Below are positions 18,999-30,640 of a DNA stretch of 64,000 nt, one piece after another (position 1 is the first letter of the stretch; each line of letters begins with the position of its first letter). Source of the DNA: an uncultured Actinomycetota bacterium (GTDB lineage: Bacteria; Actinomycetota; Actinomycetes; JAHEKZ01). The stretch covers positions 2,217,969-2,281,968 of the forward strand of contig CAWHIJ010000003.1 in NCBI GenBank assembly GCA_963829525.1, read 5' to 3'. The notes beneath the pieces were generated by a model. That model made no database searches. It saw only the letters and a list, made by a program, of their open reading frames with translations, and was not told the DNA's origin. The translations under genes were made by a program, and so were the position numbers.

Positions 18999-20140
18999 GT
19001 CGATCTCCCCCTTCCATCGCCGCGACCAGCCTGATCAGCTGCGGTGTTCCCCAGAGAGGGTGGGGCGGTGCGATAGGTGACCGGCGTCCGCCCAAGCCTG
19101 ATGGGGTTGGCGACCGTCGGCTCGCCATCAACGCTCGCCACCGGATCGAGTCCCAGCCGAGCGGCCAGTGCGAATGCTCCTTCGATATCGTTGATCGGAC
19201 CAGCCGGAACGCCGGCGGCCGAGAGCCTCGCGAACCACTCATCCGCCCCACGGGACGCAAGGCTTGAACACATCGCGGCATAGAGCTCGTCGCGATGCTG
19301 GACCCGCGAGGGATTCGTGGCAAACCTCACGTCGTCGGCCCACTCCGGCGCCCCGAGCACCTCCGCGCAGGCCCTGAACTGGCGATCGTTGCCTACCGCG
19401 ATCACCATTTGGTGATCTGCTGTGGGGTACGACTCATAGGGCGCAATGCTGGGGTGCCGATTGCCCATGATTTGCGGCACGAACCCGCCCCCGACGTAAC
19501 CCGCTGACTGGTTCACCATTCCGGACAGCAAGGACGACAGGAGGTTGACCTCAACACGCTGACCGCGACCACTGGTCACCCGCTCCTGCAGTGCCGCGAG
19601 GATTCCCACCGCGGCATGAAGTCCGGTGATCACGTCAACAAGCGCCACGCCCACCTTCACGGGCTTGTCGGTGCTCGAACCGGTGATGCTCATCAACCCA
19701 CCGACTGCCTGAACGAGTAAGTCATACCCAGGCAGTTCGGCCCCACCCGCAGTGCCGAAGCCGGTGATCGAGCAGTAGACCAAGCCAGGGTGGGTCGCGC
19801 GGAGCTCTTCGTAGCCGAGCCCCATCCGGTCGAAGGCTCCGGGTTTGAAGTTCTCGACCAAGACGTCGGCCCGAGAGACGAGCTCTTTGGCTTCAGCTCG
19901 ACCCGCGGGTGTCGCGAGGTCGACGACCACTGACTCCTTGTTCCGGTTCACCGACGCGAAGTATGTGGACTGGTCCGCCCGCCACGGCGGCCCCCACGCT
20001 CGCGTGTCGTCGCCGGCAACTGGACGCTCGACCTTGACCACCTCGGCCCCGAGGTCGGCCAGCAGCATCGTTGCGTAAGGACCAGCCAGCACCCGACTGA
20101 AGTCGGCGATCACGACGCCATCCAGCGCACCTGCAGTCAC
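18995..20140 (-). CDS. CaiB/BaiF family (class III) CoA-transferase
   Basis: GVVIADFSRVLAGPYATMLLADLGAEVVKVE signature. Start trimmed to GTG 20140, preceded by GGAGG. Confidence 0.85.
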   Translation of the reverse strand: MTAGALDGVVIADFSRVLAGPYATMLLADLGAEVVKVERPVAGDDTRAWGPPWRADQSTYFASVNRNKESVVVDLATPAGRAEAKELVSRADVLVENFKPGAFDRMGLGYEELRATHPGLVYCSITGFGTAGGAELPGYDLLVQAVGGLMSITGSSTDKPVKVGVALVDVITGLHAAVGILAALQERVTSGRGQRVEVNLLSSLLSGMVNQSAGYVGGGFVPQIMGNRHPSIAPYESYPTADHQMVIAVGNDRQFRACAEVLGAPEWADDVRFATNPSRVQHRDELYAAMCSSLASRGADEWFARLSAAGVPAGPINDIEGAFALAARLGLDPVASVDGEPTVANPIRLGRTPVTYRTAPPSLGNTAADQAGRGDGRGRST

Positions 20141-20219
20141 ACAGCCTCCACTCGTCAGGTGGAGATTGTATCCAATTCGTCTGTTGGGCGAGGCACGCCG
20201 TGGGTCTGGCCAGAAATCC

Positions 20220-20771
20220 TCAAGCCTGCTCGCGGCGCCGTTCCTCCGCCACCATCCGTGCCATGCCGAGCAGTACTCGAATGCCAGCACCCAGAAGAGC
20301 AACGCCCAACACCATCTGCACCATCGTCACCGATCGAGTGACGCTCGACGTGGGGGTGATGTCGCCGTAGCCGACCGTTGCCAACGTGGTGACGGTGAAG
20401 TAGAGCGCATCGATGCGATCCAGCGCTTGGCTATAGCTACTTGGAGTTGCTTCGGCCAGGCCGTAGTGGATGCTGGCCATCACCACGATGAACAGCGTCG
20501 CGACCAAGGCGATGGCCTCAACCGCCCGAAGTACTGGGTAGCGCGCCTTGCGGATCTGCCGCATCTGTCGGACGAAGATCGCCCCGAAGATGGCCAGGCC
20601 GGCTATCACCGCGATGGCTCTGACCCCGATGTTGTCGCGGTTGTCCACAGGCAACATGAAGTAGACGGCGAGCAGGGCGGTCACAGCGATCGCTATGCGA
20701 CCAAGCATCGCGCCAACCTGTCGAGGTCCAGCCGCTCCGGGGACGAGCGGTTGTCGAGAATCTTCAGTCAA
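20220..20771 (-). CDS. Small potassium-channel family protein (pore loop with TVGYGD filter)
   Basis: Selectivity filter [11 protein letters not shown] between hydrophobic helices. The TTG 20771 start overlaps the rlmN stop; ATG 20708 is an alternative start. Confidence 0.75.
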   Translation of the reverse strand: MTEDSRQPLVPGAAGPRQVGAMLGRIAIAVTALLAVYFMLPVDNRDNIGVRAIAVIAGLAIFGAIFVRQMRQIRKARYPVLRAVEAIALVATLFIVVMASIHYGLAEATPSSYSQALDRIDALYFTVTTLATVGYGDITPTSSVTRSVTMVQMVLGVALLGAGIRVLLGMARMVAEERRREQA

Positions 20772-21892
20772 CGCTGCTCCCGGCCCGAATCATTCGCTGC
20801 AGCCAACTGACCGCATGCGCCGTCAATCTCCCGCCCCCGCGTATCTCGCACAGTCACCGCGACACCATGGTCCTCCAACTTGCGGACAAACGCCCGCTCT
20901 GCCTCTGGCGACGATGCCGTCCACACCGACCCGGGCGTCGGGTTGAGCGGGATGACATTCACATGGACCAGGCGCCTTTTGAGCATCGACCCCAGCAGGT
21001 GGGCCCGCCACGGTTGGTCGTTGATGTCGCGGATCAGGGCATACTCAATCGAAACGCGCCGACCGGTGGTGTCGGCGTACGCCCACGCGGCAGCCAGGAC
21101 CTCGTCGACCGGGTACCGCGTGTTCAGCGGCACCAGAGTGTTGCGCAGCTCGTCGTCGGGTGCGTGCAGCGAGACTGCCAGCGTGACGGGAAGTCCCTCC
21201 CCCGTGAGTCGCTCCATGGCGGGAACGAGCCCTACCGTCGACACGGTCACCGATCGCGCCGAGATGCCGAGCCCGGACGGTGACGGCTCGGTGATCCGAC
21301 GCACGGCGTCAACCACCGAGCGGTAGTTGGCCAGCGGTTCGCCCATACCCATGAAGACCACGTTCGACACCCGCCCTGCGCCTCCAGCGACTTGGCCTGA
21401 CGCCAACATCCGAGCGCCAGCAACCACCTGCTCGACGATCTCAGCCGTTGACATGTTACGAGTGAGACCAGCCTGCCCAGTAGCACAGAACGGGCAGTTC
21501 ATCCCGCACCCAGCTTGTGACGAGACGCACATCGTCGTGCGGCCCGGGTAACGCATGAGTACGCTCTCGACCATCGCGCCATCGAAGAGCCGCACGACAT
21601 TCTTCACCGTCGCCCCGTCGTCGCAGGTAAGACTCTGTACTGGCGAGAGCACTGCCGGCATGACCTGTTCGACAAGTTCCTTCCGGCCGGCCGCCGGCAG
21701 GTCGGTCATCTCGACCGGATCATGCTCCAGACGCTCGAAGTAGTGCCGAGAGAGCTGGTCGGCGCGAAAGGCCGAATGACCCAGTTCGACGAGCCACTCC
21801 CGTCGGCCCGCTAGGTCGAGATCGGCGAGATGGCGCGGAGGCTTGGCACGCCTGGGCGCCACCATCACGAGCTCGCCGGGTTTAGGGGACAT
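20768..21892 (-). CDS. rlmN: 23S rRNA/tRNA (adenine-C2)-methyltransferase, radical SAM
   Basis: 374 aa. Radical-SAM cluster motif CGMNCPFC. Conserved position next to cdsA. Confidence 0.92.
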   Translation of the reverse strand: MSPKPGELVMVAPRRAKPPRHLADLDLAGRREWLVELGHSAFRADQLSRHYFERLEHDPVEMTDLPAAGRKELVEQVMPAVLSPVQSLTCDDGATVKNVVRLFDGAMVESVLMRYPGRTTMCVSSQAGCGMNCPFCATGQAGLTRNMSTAEIVEQVVAGARMLASGQVAGGAGRVSNVVFMGMGEPLANYRSVVDAVRRITEPSPSGLGISARSVTVSTVGLVPAMERLTGEGLPVTLAVSLHAPDDELRNTLVPLNTRYPVDEVLAAAWAYADTTGRRVSIEYALIRDINDQPWRAHLLGSMLKRRLVHVNVIPLNPTPGSVWTASSPEAERAFVRKLEDHGVAVTVRDTRGREIDGACGQLAAANDSGREQR

Positions 21893-22542
21893 CAGGACCG
21901 TCGGTGACTCTGGACGCGCCCCAGCAAGTCGCTAGCAGCGATGCCAAGTTCGTGCGCCGTCCCGGTCAACCACTCCGTTGCCAGGTCGTCGGGGGTGAGG
22001 CCGGCCCCACCGAGCACCGCTTGAACAGCCAGACCGTCCATGAGGCAGGCAATTCGCAGGGTGGTGCGGACGGAGTCGTCGACGGTGAACACCCCCGCCG
22101 CAACACCGGCATCCACCACGCGCTGGATCTCGTCGCGCCAACGCTTGTCGGAGAGCCGACGAAGTCCGTCGATCCGCTCGTCGTGCAGCCCACGCACCCA
22201 GACCTCGAGCCAGAGCTGCCAGTCGCCGAAAGCAGGTCCACCCTCGGCCGAGAGCAACGCCATGCGTACCAGCTGGTCGCGAGCATCTGCTTCGTCACCG
22301 TCTGCAAGTTCGGCGTAATAGTCGTCTTCCACCGATTCGAGGGCTGCGACCAAGACATCTGCCAGGCTGCTGAAGTGATAGAGAACGAGCGCTGGACTTG
22401 TTCCAGCGGTGGTAGCGATGTCTGCTACCCGCGTGCCAGAAAATCCTCGCTCACGGAGCACGGCGATGGCTGCAGCGAGGATGCGACGACGACGTTCGTC
22501 GGGTGCCTTGGCTGCCAAAGTCATGCCCTCATCATTCACCAT
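21892..22542 (-). CDS. TetR/AcrR family transcriptional regulator
   Basis: [44 protein letters not shown] 22542 preferred because GAGG lies 4 nt upstream. Confidence 0.8.
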   Translation of the reverse strand: MVNDEGMTLAAKAPDERRRRILAAAIAVLRERGFSGTRVADIATTAGTSPALVLYHFSSLADVLVAALESVEDDYYAELADGDEADARDQLVRMALLSAEGGPAFGDWQLWLEVWVRGLHDERIDGLRRLSDKRWRDEIQRVVDAGVAAGVFTVDDSVRTTLRIACLMDGLAVQAVLGGAGLTPDDLATEWLTGTAHELGIAASDLLGRVQSHRRS

Positions 22543-22552
22543 GCGGCCTCGA

Positions 22553-23419
22553 TCACCCCGCAACAGCGGCCAGGACGAGCGCCATCACCGGCGCTGTCGG
22601 CAGCAGCGAGTCGAGGCGGTCCATGATTCCGCCGTGCTCCGGCAGGAGCCGCCCCATGTCCTTGACGCCGAGGTCGCGCTTGAGCAGCGACTCGGCAAGG
22701 TCACCGGCCGTGGCCGTCGCAACCGCGACGAGCCCAACCAGAGCGCCCTGCCACCAGGTGGCATCGAGCAACAGTGGAACAGCAACCGCCGACCCCGCCG
22801 TCGCCGCGACGACCGAGCCGGCCACGCCCTCCCATGACTTCTTCGGACTCACAGACGGTGCCATCGGGTGCTTGCCGAATCGCACCCCAGCTGCGAATCC
22901 GCCCGTATCACTCAACGCAACAGCCAAGATGAAGATCACAATTCGGTCAGCACCGTCGTCCGCGGACACCATGAGGACCGCAGATGCCGCCAGCAGGGGC
23001 ACGTAGACCGCGACGAACGCTCCAACAACCAAGTCCTGGGCCAGTCGATCCTCCGGACCGACGAGGCGCGCCGCCGCCATCGCCACGATGGTCAGAGTCA
23101 GCGCAACCGTAAGGGCATCGGTTCCGTCGACGTACGCTGCGACGACCATGGCTGCCCCACCGACCATGAGAGGAACGACAGGTACATCTATCGAGCGCCC
23201 GGACAGAACCTGACACACCTCATAGACGGCGATGACAACCGCAACGACCACCAGAGCGACAAAAAGCGCTGTCACCGTGTAGAGGGTGATCAGCACGAGA
23301 GCGGCCAATGTCACGCCGACGGCGGTCGCCACAGGGATGTTACGGCCAGCTCGGCGCTTCGCTCCCGTGGTGGAACTAGGTTCGGTCGCTGGCACCGGTG
23401 ACCCAGGTGAGTCCGTCAT
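22553..23419 (-). CDS. cdsA: Phosphatidate cytidylyltransferase
   Basis: 288-aa polytopic ORF with the C-terminal CDS signature (SLLKRDLGVKDMGRLLPEHGGIMDRLDS). Confidence 0.9.
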   Translation of the reverse strand: MTDSPGSPVPATEPSSTTGAKRRAGRNIPVATAVGVTLAALVLITLYTVTALFVALVVVAVVIAVYEVCQVLSGRSIDVPVVPLMVGGAAMVVAAYVDGTDALTVALTLTIVAMAAARLVGPEDRLAQDLVVGAFVAVYVPLLAASAVLMVSADDGADRIVIFILAVALSDTGGFAAGVRFGKHPMAPSVSPKKSWEGVAGSVVAATAGSAVAVPLLLDATWWQGALVGLVAVATATAGDLAESLLKRDLGVKDMGRLLPEHGGIMDRLDSLLPTAPVMALVLAAVAG

Positions 23420-23976
23420 TAGACCTCGAGAAGCTCAGCTTCCTTGTGCTTCAAAAGATCGTCGACCTGTGCAGTGAACTTGTGGGTGAGCTCGTCGAGG
23501 TGCTTCTCGGCCCGTCGGACGTCGTCCTCACCGACTTCCCCATCTTTTTGCAGCTTGTCGAGGTGATCTTTGGCATGTCGACGGACGTTGCGCATTGCCA
23601 CCCGTGCGTCCTCAGCCTTGTGCTTTGCGACCTTGATGAACTCCTTCCTGCGCTCCTCGGTGAGGGGCGGAAAGGAGATTCGGATGATCGTGCCATCGTC
23701 GACCGGGTTAACGCCCAAGTCGGAGTCGCGGATCGCCTTCTCAATCGCGGTGAGTGCACTCTTGTCGTACGGACTGACAATCATCTGCGACGGTTCCGGC
23801 GACTGGAACGACGCGAGCTGGTTCACCGGAGTAGGAGTTCCGTAGTAGTCGGCGAGGATTTTGTTGAACATGGCTGGGTTTGCCCGACCGGTCCGGATCG
23901 TCGAGAAGTCCTCCTTGGCAACGGCGATGGCCTTGCCCATCTTTTCCTCGGCCTCACGCATTGTCTCGTCGATCAT
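23419..23976 (-). CDS. frr: Ribosome recycling factor
   Basis: 185 aa. Typical RRF sequence along its full length. Confidence 0.95.
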   Translation of the reverse strand: MIDETMREAEEKMGKAIAVAKEDFSTIRTGRANPAMFNKILADYYGTPTPVNQLASFQSPEPSQMIVSPYDKSALTAIEKAIRDSDLGVNPVDDGTIIRISFPPLTEERRKEFIKVAKHKAEDARVAMRNVRRHAKDHLDKLQKDGEVGEDDVRRAEKHLDELTHKFTAQVDDLLKHKEAELLEV

Positions 23977-23993
23977 CGACTCCTACCTTCTTC

Positions 23994-24747
<754 letters not shown>

Positions 24748-24783
24748 GAGCAGCTCCTCGGTCGGTCCTGCGCGCAGTCTGCC

Positions 24784-25605
24784 TCAGACCTGGCCGACCT
24801 CGAAACGGGCGAACCGGGTGAGCGTGACACCAGCTTCGGCGAGCACCTGCCTTACCGTCTTCTTCTGGTCTTGGACGCTCGGCTGATCGAGCAGGACGAC
24901 CTGCTTGTAGAAACCAGTGACACGACCATCGACGATCTTCGGAAGCGCCGCTTCCGGCTTGCCCTCCTCGCGGGCGGTCGCCTCGGCGATCCGGCGCTCG
25001 TTCTCGACGACGTCGGCGGGAATGTCCTCACGACTCAGGTACTGCGGCCGCATCGCCGCCACCTGCATTGCGGCCCCGCGAGCTGCATCGACGTCGCCGC
25101 CCTCGTAGCCAACGAGCACACCGACCGACGGCGGAAGGTCGCTGGCCCGCTTGTGGAGGTAGACCGTGCTGGCACCTTCGAAGACCGCCACACGACCGAG
25201 GACGAGCTTCTCGCCGATGACCGCGGCCAGTGCGTCGATGGCCTGCTGGACGGTCTGGCCGTCCGCAAGTGCCGCGGCCGCCAGCTGCTTCGCTCGACGC
25301 CGCCTTCGTGGCAGCCGCGGCTGCGGCGATCTGCGCACCGCAGGTCCTGGAACTTGTCGTTCTTGGCCACGAAGTCGGTCTCGCAGTTCAGCTCGATCAA
25401 GCGCCGATCGGTGGAGGCGACCAGACCATTGGCGGCGGTGCGCTCGGCTCGCTTGCCAAGACTCTTGGCGCCCTTGATGCGCAGCAGCTCGACGGCCTTG
25501 TCGAAGTCGCCTTCGGCCTCTTCGAGTGCCTTCTTGCTGTCCATCATCCCGGCGCCCGTTGCCTCGCGGAGGCGCTTGACATCGGCGGCGGTGAACGTTC
25601 GCCAT
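24784..25605 (-). pseudogene. tsf: Elongation factor Ts, about three frame changes (near 25596, 25340 and 25290)
   Basis: ATG-GCG-AAC at 25605 is followed by an extra base. [26 protein letters not shown] ... [18 protein letters not shown] is read in the frame of ORF 25035..26027. [15 protein letters not shown] is in the third frame. The C-terminal half ([11 protein letters not shown] ... [10 protein letters not shown]) is back in the ATG frame. Confidence 0.85.
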
Positions 25606-25644
25606 GGGGTTCCTTCCCTCGTCGATCTGGGTACGTGCAGTTGG

Positions 25645-26550
25645 TCAGGCTTGGTCAGCTGGGCTCGGTCTGCGGCCGCGGGCTCGGTCGGTGCGTCGCC
25701 GACGACCGGACTCTCGGCCGCCGACTCCTCGACTGCCGGGGCATCCACTCGCGACGGGCGGTCGGTCGTCACCGCTGAGCAGCTCGCGCTCCCACTCCGG
25801 CAGCGGCTCTGCGGCGCCTGGTTCGGCCGCTCAGGCTTGGCGTCACCAGTAGCCGCCCCGGCGCGCGAGACCAGGCCATCGGCCACAGCGTCTGCGATCA
25901 CGCGGGTAAGCAGTGCGACCGAGCGAATGGCGTCGTCGTTGCCCGGGATCGGGTAGTCGACGACGTCAGGGTCGCAGTTGCTGTCGAGGATCGCGACGAC
26001 CGGGATGCCCAGCTTGCTTGGCCTCATCGACCGCGATCGACTCCTTGTTGGTGTCGATGACCCAGAGCGCGCTCGGGGATCTTGGCCATGTCACGGATTC
26101 CGCCGAGGGTCCGCTCGAGCTTGACCTTCTCCCGGCGGAGGACGAGCAGCTCCTTCTTCGTCAGGCCTGAGCCGGCGACATCGTCGAAGTCGATCTCCTC
26201 AAGCTCCTTGAGACGCTGCAGCCGCTTGTGCACCGTCTGGAAGTTGGTGAGCATGCCACCCAGCCAACGGTGGTTGACGTAGGGCATGCCGACTCGGGTG
26301 GCCTGCTCGGCGATGGCCTCTTGGCCTGCTTCTTCGTGCCGACGAACATCACTGAGCCGCCGTGGGCGACGGTCTCCTTGACGAACTCGTAGGCGCGGTC
26401 GATGAAGGCCAGCGACTGCTGCAGATCGATGATGTAGATGCCGTTGCGCTCGGTGAAGATGAAACGCTTCATCTTCGGGTTCCACCGACGGGTCTGGTGC
26501 CCGAAATGGACACCGCTCTCAAGCAACTGCCTCATGGTGACGACGGCCAT
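25645..26550 (-). pseudogene. rpsB: 30S ribosomal protein S2, at least five frame changes
   Basis: [25 protein letters not shown] ... VGTKKQA is in ORF 26161..26727. [28 protein letters not shown] ... MAKIP is in ORF 26024..26485. [15 protein letters not shown] is in a third frame. [16 protein letters not shown] ... is in ORF 25035..26027. The acidic tail [12 protein letters not shown] is shifted again. The stop was chosen in the start frame (TGA 25645-25647), so the 3' end is uncertain. Confidence 0.8.
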
Positions 26551-26883
26551 AGCCGAAACTCTCCTCACCCGCGCTGGCGCGCGGTACTCGGTTCTGTGCC
26601 CGCGACGGCGCCGCGAACCCTGATGTCTGTCGCGGCCTGCCGAACCGATCGCGAGATCGGGCCGGACCGAGTGGCCAACCCCCGCGCCCGTGCGAACGGG
26701 GCGAGCGGGACGGACATGCGAAGTCACTCTGCGAACAGAGTGCTGGTGCGGAGTCTACGGGCCCGGTCCGGACGGGCCTAATCCGGATTCTCCGACCATG
26801 CACAGGTTCCTCGGGTACCCCCGATCCACCGTCCGGCAGGGGCACGACTCCCATCAGCGGCCCTGGCCGGAAGATCGTCGGTC

Positions 26884-27468
26884 ATGAACCCCTTTGCCCT
26901 TGGCCTGGCTACCGCGACCTTGGCCGCCCTTGTCGCCAATCTCCCCCTCACCGCCGCGACTCTCCCGGCTCGCCAGCCGCCCCCCGCCCAGCGTGCTGCG
27001 GGTCTTGCCACTCCACGTGACACCGCGGCGTCATGGCCAACGACCCCAGCCACGGTCCTCCGCCCCTTCGAGCCGCATGAGGCCTTCGGGCCGGGGCACC
27101 GCGGAGTCGACCTCGCGGCCGTTCCTGGGCAGGAGGTCAGATCGGCCCTGATCGGTAGGGTCTCGTTCGCGGGAGAAGTCGCTGGGCGGCCGATCGTGGT
27201 CATCGAACACGAGGGTGATCTGCGCACCACATACCTACCGTTGGCCGCCACGGTGGCCGTAGGTACTCGCGTCGACGCTGGCCAACCCATCGGGACACTC
27301 GCGGTGGGCGCACACTGCCCGGTGAGCAGCTGTTTGCACTGGGGGGCGCGGCTTGGCAACGAGTATGTGGATCCGCTGACACTCTTGGGGCGTGAGGTAG
27401 TGCTTCTTCCGCTCGACGGCGACACGACCTCTGCGGCTTACGGCAGCCTCAGACTGAGTGAGCCCTAG
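26884..27468 (+). CDS. M23 family metallopeptidase (LytM domain), secreted
   Basis: Signal peptide, then HRGVDLAA ... LHWGAR motifs. Confidence 0.8.
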   Translation: MNPFALGLATATLAALVANLPLTAATLPARQPPPAQRAAGLATPRDTAASWPTTPATVLRPFEPHEAFGPGHRGVDLAAVPGQEVRSALIGRVSFAGEVAGRPIVVIEHEGDLRTTYLPLAATVAVGTRVDAGQPIGTLAVGAHCPVSSCLHWGARLGNEYVDPLTLLGREVVLLPLDGDTTSAAYGSLRLSEP

Positions 27469-28529
27469 TCGGGGGCGTCTGCCAGCCGTCCTCGCAGCTG
27501 CAGAACCGCCTTGGTATGCATCTGACAGATGCGGCTCTCGGTAACCCCAAGGACCTGCCCGATCTCGGCCAAGGTGAGCCCCTCGTAGTAGTAGAGCGTC
27601 ACCACGATCTTTTCGCGCTCTGGCAAATGGTTGATCGCCTTGGCGAGCAGATACTTGGTCTCCTCGGACTCAAAGGCTGCCACCGGATCTTCGGCCTTGG
27701 TGTCCTCAAGCGTGTCGACCAGGCTCAGCTTGTCCCCCTTCTCACCACCAACGTTGAGCAACTCGTCGAGTGCTACGACGTTGACGAACGAGACGCGGCT
27801 GAAGATCGTGTGGAGCTCGTCGAGGGTGATGCCCATCTCCTCGGCGACCTCTGGTTCGGTGGGAGTCCGGTGCAGCTTCGCCTCCAGCGCTGCGTACGCC
27901 CGCTCGACCTCGCGAGCCTTGTAACGCACGGACCTGGGAATCCAGTCGATCGACCTCAGCTCGTCGATGATGGCCCCGCGGATCCGGCTGATCGCATACG
28001 TCTCGAACTTGATGGCGCGCTCGAGGTCGAACTTCTCGATGGCGTCGATGAGGCCGAAAATGCCGTAGGAAACGAGATCGGCTTGCTCGATGTTGGGGGG
28101 TAGACCCACGCCGACTCGGCCGGCGACGTACTTCACCAACGGCGAGTAGTGCAGGATCAACCGCTCCCGCAGGCTCTGCTCGGCCGTGTCTTTGAAGTCC
28201 CTCCAGAGCTGCTGGAGCGCCTGCTCTGCCACCGCCGCCTCGTCGAGTGCATCGAACGCGTCGGCCGCGGCAATCGCGGCCGCCGCCTTTGCAGCGGTCC
28301 CCTTCGACTTCGCAGGCGGCGCAGCAGCTGCCTTCTTCTTCGCCGGCGAGGAGGCTTTCGACGCTGGCGTGGACTCCGCCGATTTGGCCGCCGGGGACTT
28401 CTTGGCGGTCGCCCGCTTGGCAACGGTTTTCGCCGGCGCCTTGGCGGCACTCTTCTCGGTGCTCGATCGCCCAGAGGACGCCCGTGACGCCGCTGCGTCC
28501 GGTTCAGGCGCGGGGGTGCGCTTGGTCAT
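27465..28529 (-). CDS. whiG: RNA polymerase sigma factor, FliA/WhiG (sigma-28) family, with a Lys/Ala/Pro-rich N-terminal extension
   Basis: Region 2 ([16 protein letters not shown]), region 3, and region 4.2 ([29 protein letters not shown]). The first 95 or so residues are low-complexity AKK/PAK repeats, so the start is uncertain. Confidence 0.8.
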   Translation of the reverse strand: MTKRTPAPEPDAAASRASSGRSSTEKSAAKAPAKTVAKRATAKKSPAAKSAESTPASKASSPAKKKAAAAPPAKSKGTAAKAAAAIAAADAFDALDEAAVAEQALQQLWRDFKDTAEQSLRERLILHYSPLVKYVAGRVGVGLPPNIEQADLVSYGIFGLIDAIEKFDLERAIKFETYAISRIRGAIIDELRSIDWIPRSVRYKAREVERAYAALEAKLHRTPTEPEVAEEMGITLDELHTIFSRVSFVNVVALDELLNVGGEKGDKLSLVDTLEDTKAEDPVAAFESEETKYLLAKAINHLPEREKIVVTLYYYEGLTLAEIGQVLGVTESRICQMHTKAVLQLRGRLADAPD

Positions 28530-29452
28530 ACGCCCTCTTCAGTCGGTCAACGGAGACATGGGTGTAGATCTGGGTCGTCGCGAGCGTAGCGTGCCCCAAC
28601 AGCTCTTGGACGGAGCGCAGGTCGGCGCCGCCTTCAAGCAGGTGCGTGGCCGCGGTGTGCCGCAGTCCATGCGGGCCGAGATCGGGTGCGTCCTCGACCG
28701 ATGCCAGGTGTTCGTGTACCAGGGTACGAACCGCCCGCTGGTCGATGCGACGCCCCCTCCTCCCGAGGAAGAGCGCTGGCCCGCTTCCGGAGCGTGCCAG
28801 CTCAACTCTCGGACCCGCAAGCCACCGATCGATGGCCACCTGGGCTGGGATCCCGTAGGGCACCGTACGTTCCTTGGCGCCCTTTCCGAAAACTCGAACC
28901 GTGCGCCGCCCGTCGTCGACGTCGTCGACGTCGAGCCCGCATAGCTCACTCACACGGATACCGGTGGCATAGAGCAGCTCCAAGATGGCGACATCTCGTG
29001 GACCGACCGGGTCGTCGCCCTCGGCAGCACGCTCGGCGGCGGAGTCGAGTAGGTCGATGACCTGGCCGGCACCCAGGACCTGGGGAAGCGTCCGATGTGC
29101 CTTTGGGCGCGCCAACCGGGCACCGGCGTCGCGGTCCCCTCTGCCGCTGCGTTCAAGCCACCGGGCGAAGGTACGAGCTGCCGACGCCTTTCGTGCGATA
29201 GTGCTGCGCGCCCGGCCGGTGGTCTGTTGCAACGCCAGCCAACTGCGTAGGTCAGCGAGATCGAGCTCACCAGCCGTTGCGCGCCCCCTGCGGCTGGCAT
29301 GTTCGAGCAAACTGCCGATGTCGGTGCGTGTAAGCCCGCACCGAGCTCGGCGAAAGCCCGCGCTCCGATCGCAGATGGCGCTCAAATGCCTCCGCGGCCT
29401 CCGCTAACGCGCCCGGAAGCGCCTCTTCGGCGGCCACTGGTTGATCAGACAC
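28504..29452 (-). pseudogene. xerC: Tyrosine recombinase XerC, frame broken near 29330
   Basis: The N-terminus (FERHLRSERGLSPSSVRAY) is in ORF 29267..29452. The rest, from RTDIGSLLEH to the catalytic HGLRHTAATHLLEGGADLRSVQELLGHATLATTQIYTHV, is in ORF 28504..29385. Span is 949 nt, which is 3n+1. Confidence 0.85.
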
Positions 29453-29506
29453 TGCCCTACCGTGCGTGACAGCGAACCTCGAGGCAAGCCCCCGCGCCGC
29501 CCGACC

Positions 29507-30640
29507 TCAGCCCTCCCGACGAAGAACGGTGTCAGCGGCGCCGGGAACCCGGACGAATCCGGCGGCCACCTCACGGATCAGCCCGGTAGCCGCCAGACGG
29601 AGCACGATGCCGCCTGTCACGCCGACGTCCACCCCCGCGCTGACCGCCAGCTGGGCGACCCCCACCGGGGATTCGGTTGGCATGGCCTCCAGCACCCGCA
29701 GGGACATCGGATCGAGTGAGTCACTGACCCGGAGCAGGGGGCTCGCGCGATCGGCGAGCTCGCCGATCAACCCGACCTCCTCAATCACCTCCGACGCGTC
29801 GGTGACGAGGCGGGCCGGCTCGTCACCGCGGGCCAATCGGTGACAGCCCGCGGACAGTGCCGAGGTGACCGGGCCGGGGACGACGAGGACCGGACGTCCG
29901 AGCCGGCGGGCGGCAGCTGCGGTGTTCAGCGCCCCCGAGCGATGGGCTGCCTCGACCACGACGGTGCCTCGAGTAAGTGCCGCGATGATCCGGTTGCGCA
30001 GGAGAAACCGGGGCTTGGTGGGGGTGGTACCAGGAGGGAACTCCGAGACGAGAGCCCCGCCCTCATCACGAAGCCTGGCAAAGAGGCTGACGTGCCCCCG
30101 CGGATAGGCAACATCAGCGCCGAAGGCGAGGGCTGCGATGGTGACGCCACCGGCTGCGAGGGCACCACGATGGGCTGCCGCGTCGATGCCGTAGGCCCCT
30201 CCGGAGACCACGGCCCATCCCCGCGCTGCCAGGTCGGTGGCCAGTTCACTGGCCACGTGCACCCCGTACTGCGTCGCGGCTCTGGCGCCAACGATGGCCA
30301 CCGACCTGGCTGCTGCGGCGCGCAGCTCGCCGCCGACGACGAACAGGCCCCAGGGAGCGGCAGGGCCCAACGCCATGAGCTGGGTGGGCCACTCACCGTC
30401 GCCCGGTACGAGATAACGCCCACCGTGAGCCGAAAAGGCTTCGCCTTGGTCGATCGGGGGTAGCGCGAGCCTGGCACGGTAGTGCTCGACCCCACGCACG
30501 GTCCGGTCATTGGCCTCGATCCGCGCCAGCACCTCACTGCCCGAGCTGCTCGCAAGCTCTGCGCCGAGACGTTCGTCTCCAGGTTCGGCGAGCTGCGAGA
30601 GCCTCATCCGTGCCACCCGCTCGTCGGCTAAACCGCCCAT
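29507..30640 (-). CDS. dprA: DNA-processing protein DprA
   Basis: 377 aa. Rossmann-like core (IVGARAATQYG ... VVSGGAYGIDAAAHRGAL). Confidence 0.9.
   Translation of the reverse strand: MGGLADERVARMRLSQLAEPGDERLGAELASSSGSEVLARIEANDRTVRGVEHYRARLALPPIDQGEAFSAHGGRYLVPGDGEWPTQLMALGPAAPWGLFVVGGELRAAAARSVAIVGARAATQYGVHVASELATDLAARGWAVVSGGAYGIDAAAHRGALAAGGVTIAALAFGADVAYPRGHVSLFARLRDEGGALVSEFPPGTTPTKPRFLLRNRIIAALTRGTVVVEAAHRSGALNTAAAARRLGRPVLVVPGPVTSALSAGCHRLARGDEPARLVTDASEVIEEVGLIGELADRASPLLRVSDSLDPMSLRVLEAMPTESPVGVAQLAVSAGVDVGVTGGIVLRLAATGLIREVAAGFVRVPGAADTVLRREG

Noticed and set aside
26551-26883. Possible cyclic-di-AMP (ydaO-type) riboswitch upstream of the M23 peptidase gene
   Set aside because: Cell-wall hydrolase genes in actinobacteria often carry this riboswitch. 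I could not find the conserved core (for example the ACAGCUAACCUCGUA-like segment or paired GGGGA/ACGGGG blocks). Only short unrelated hairpins are present, such as ggcccg...cgggcc and aatccggatt.
27465-27468. Convergent M23 peptidase and sigma-factor genes share their stop codons in the palindrome CTAG
   Set aside because: This is real in the sequence. A 4-nt convergent overlap is common in compact genomes and needs no special explanation.
28504-29452. Tyrosine recombinase as a marker of an integrated mobile element
   Set aside because: It sits in the conserved dprA-xerC-whiG-rpsB context of the actinobacterial core chromosome. It has no flanking tRNA, att-like repeats, excisionase gene or cargo. 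It is the housekeeping XerC.
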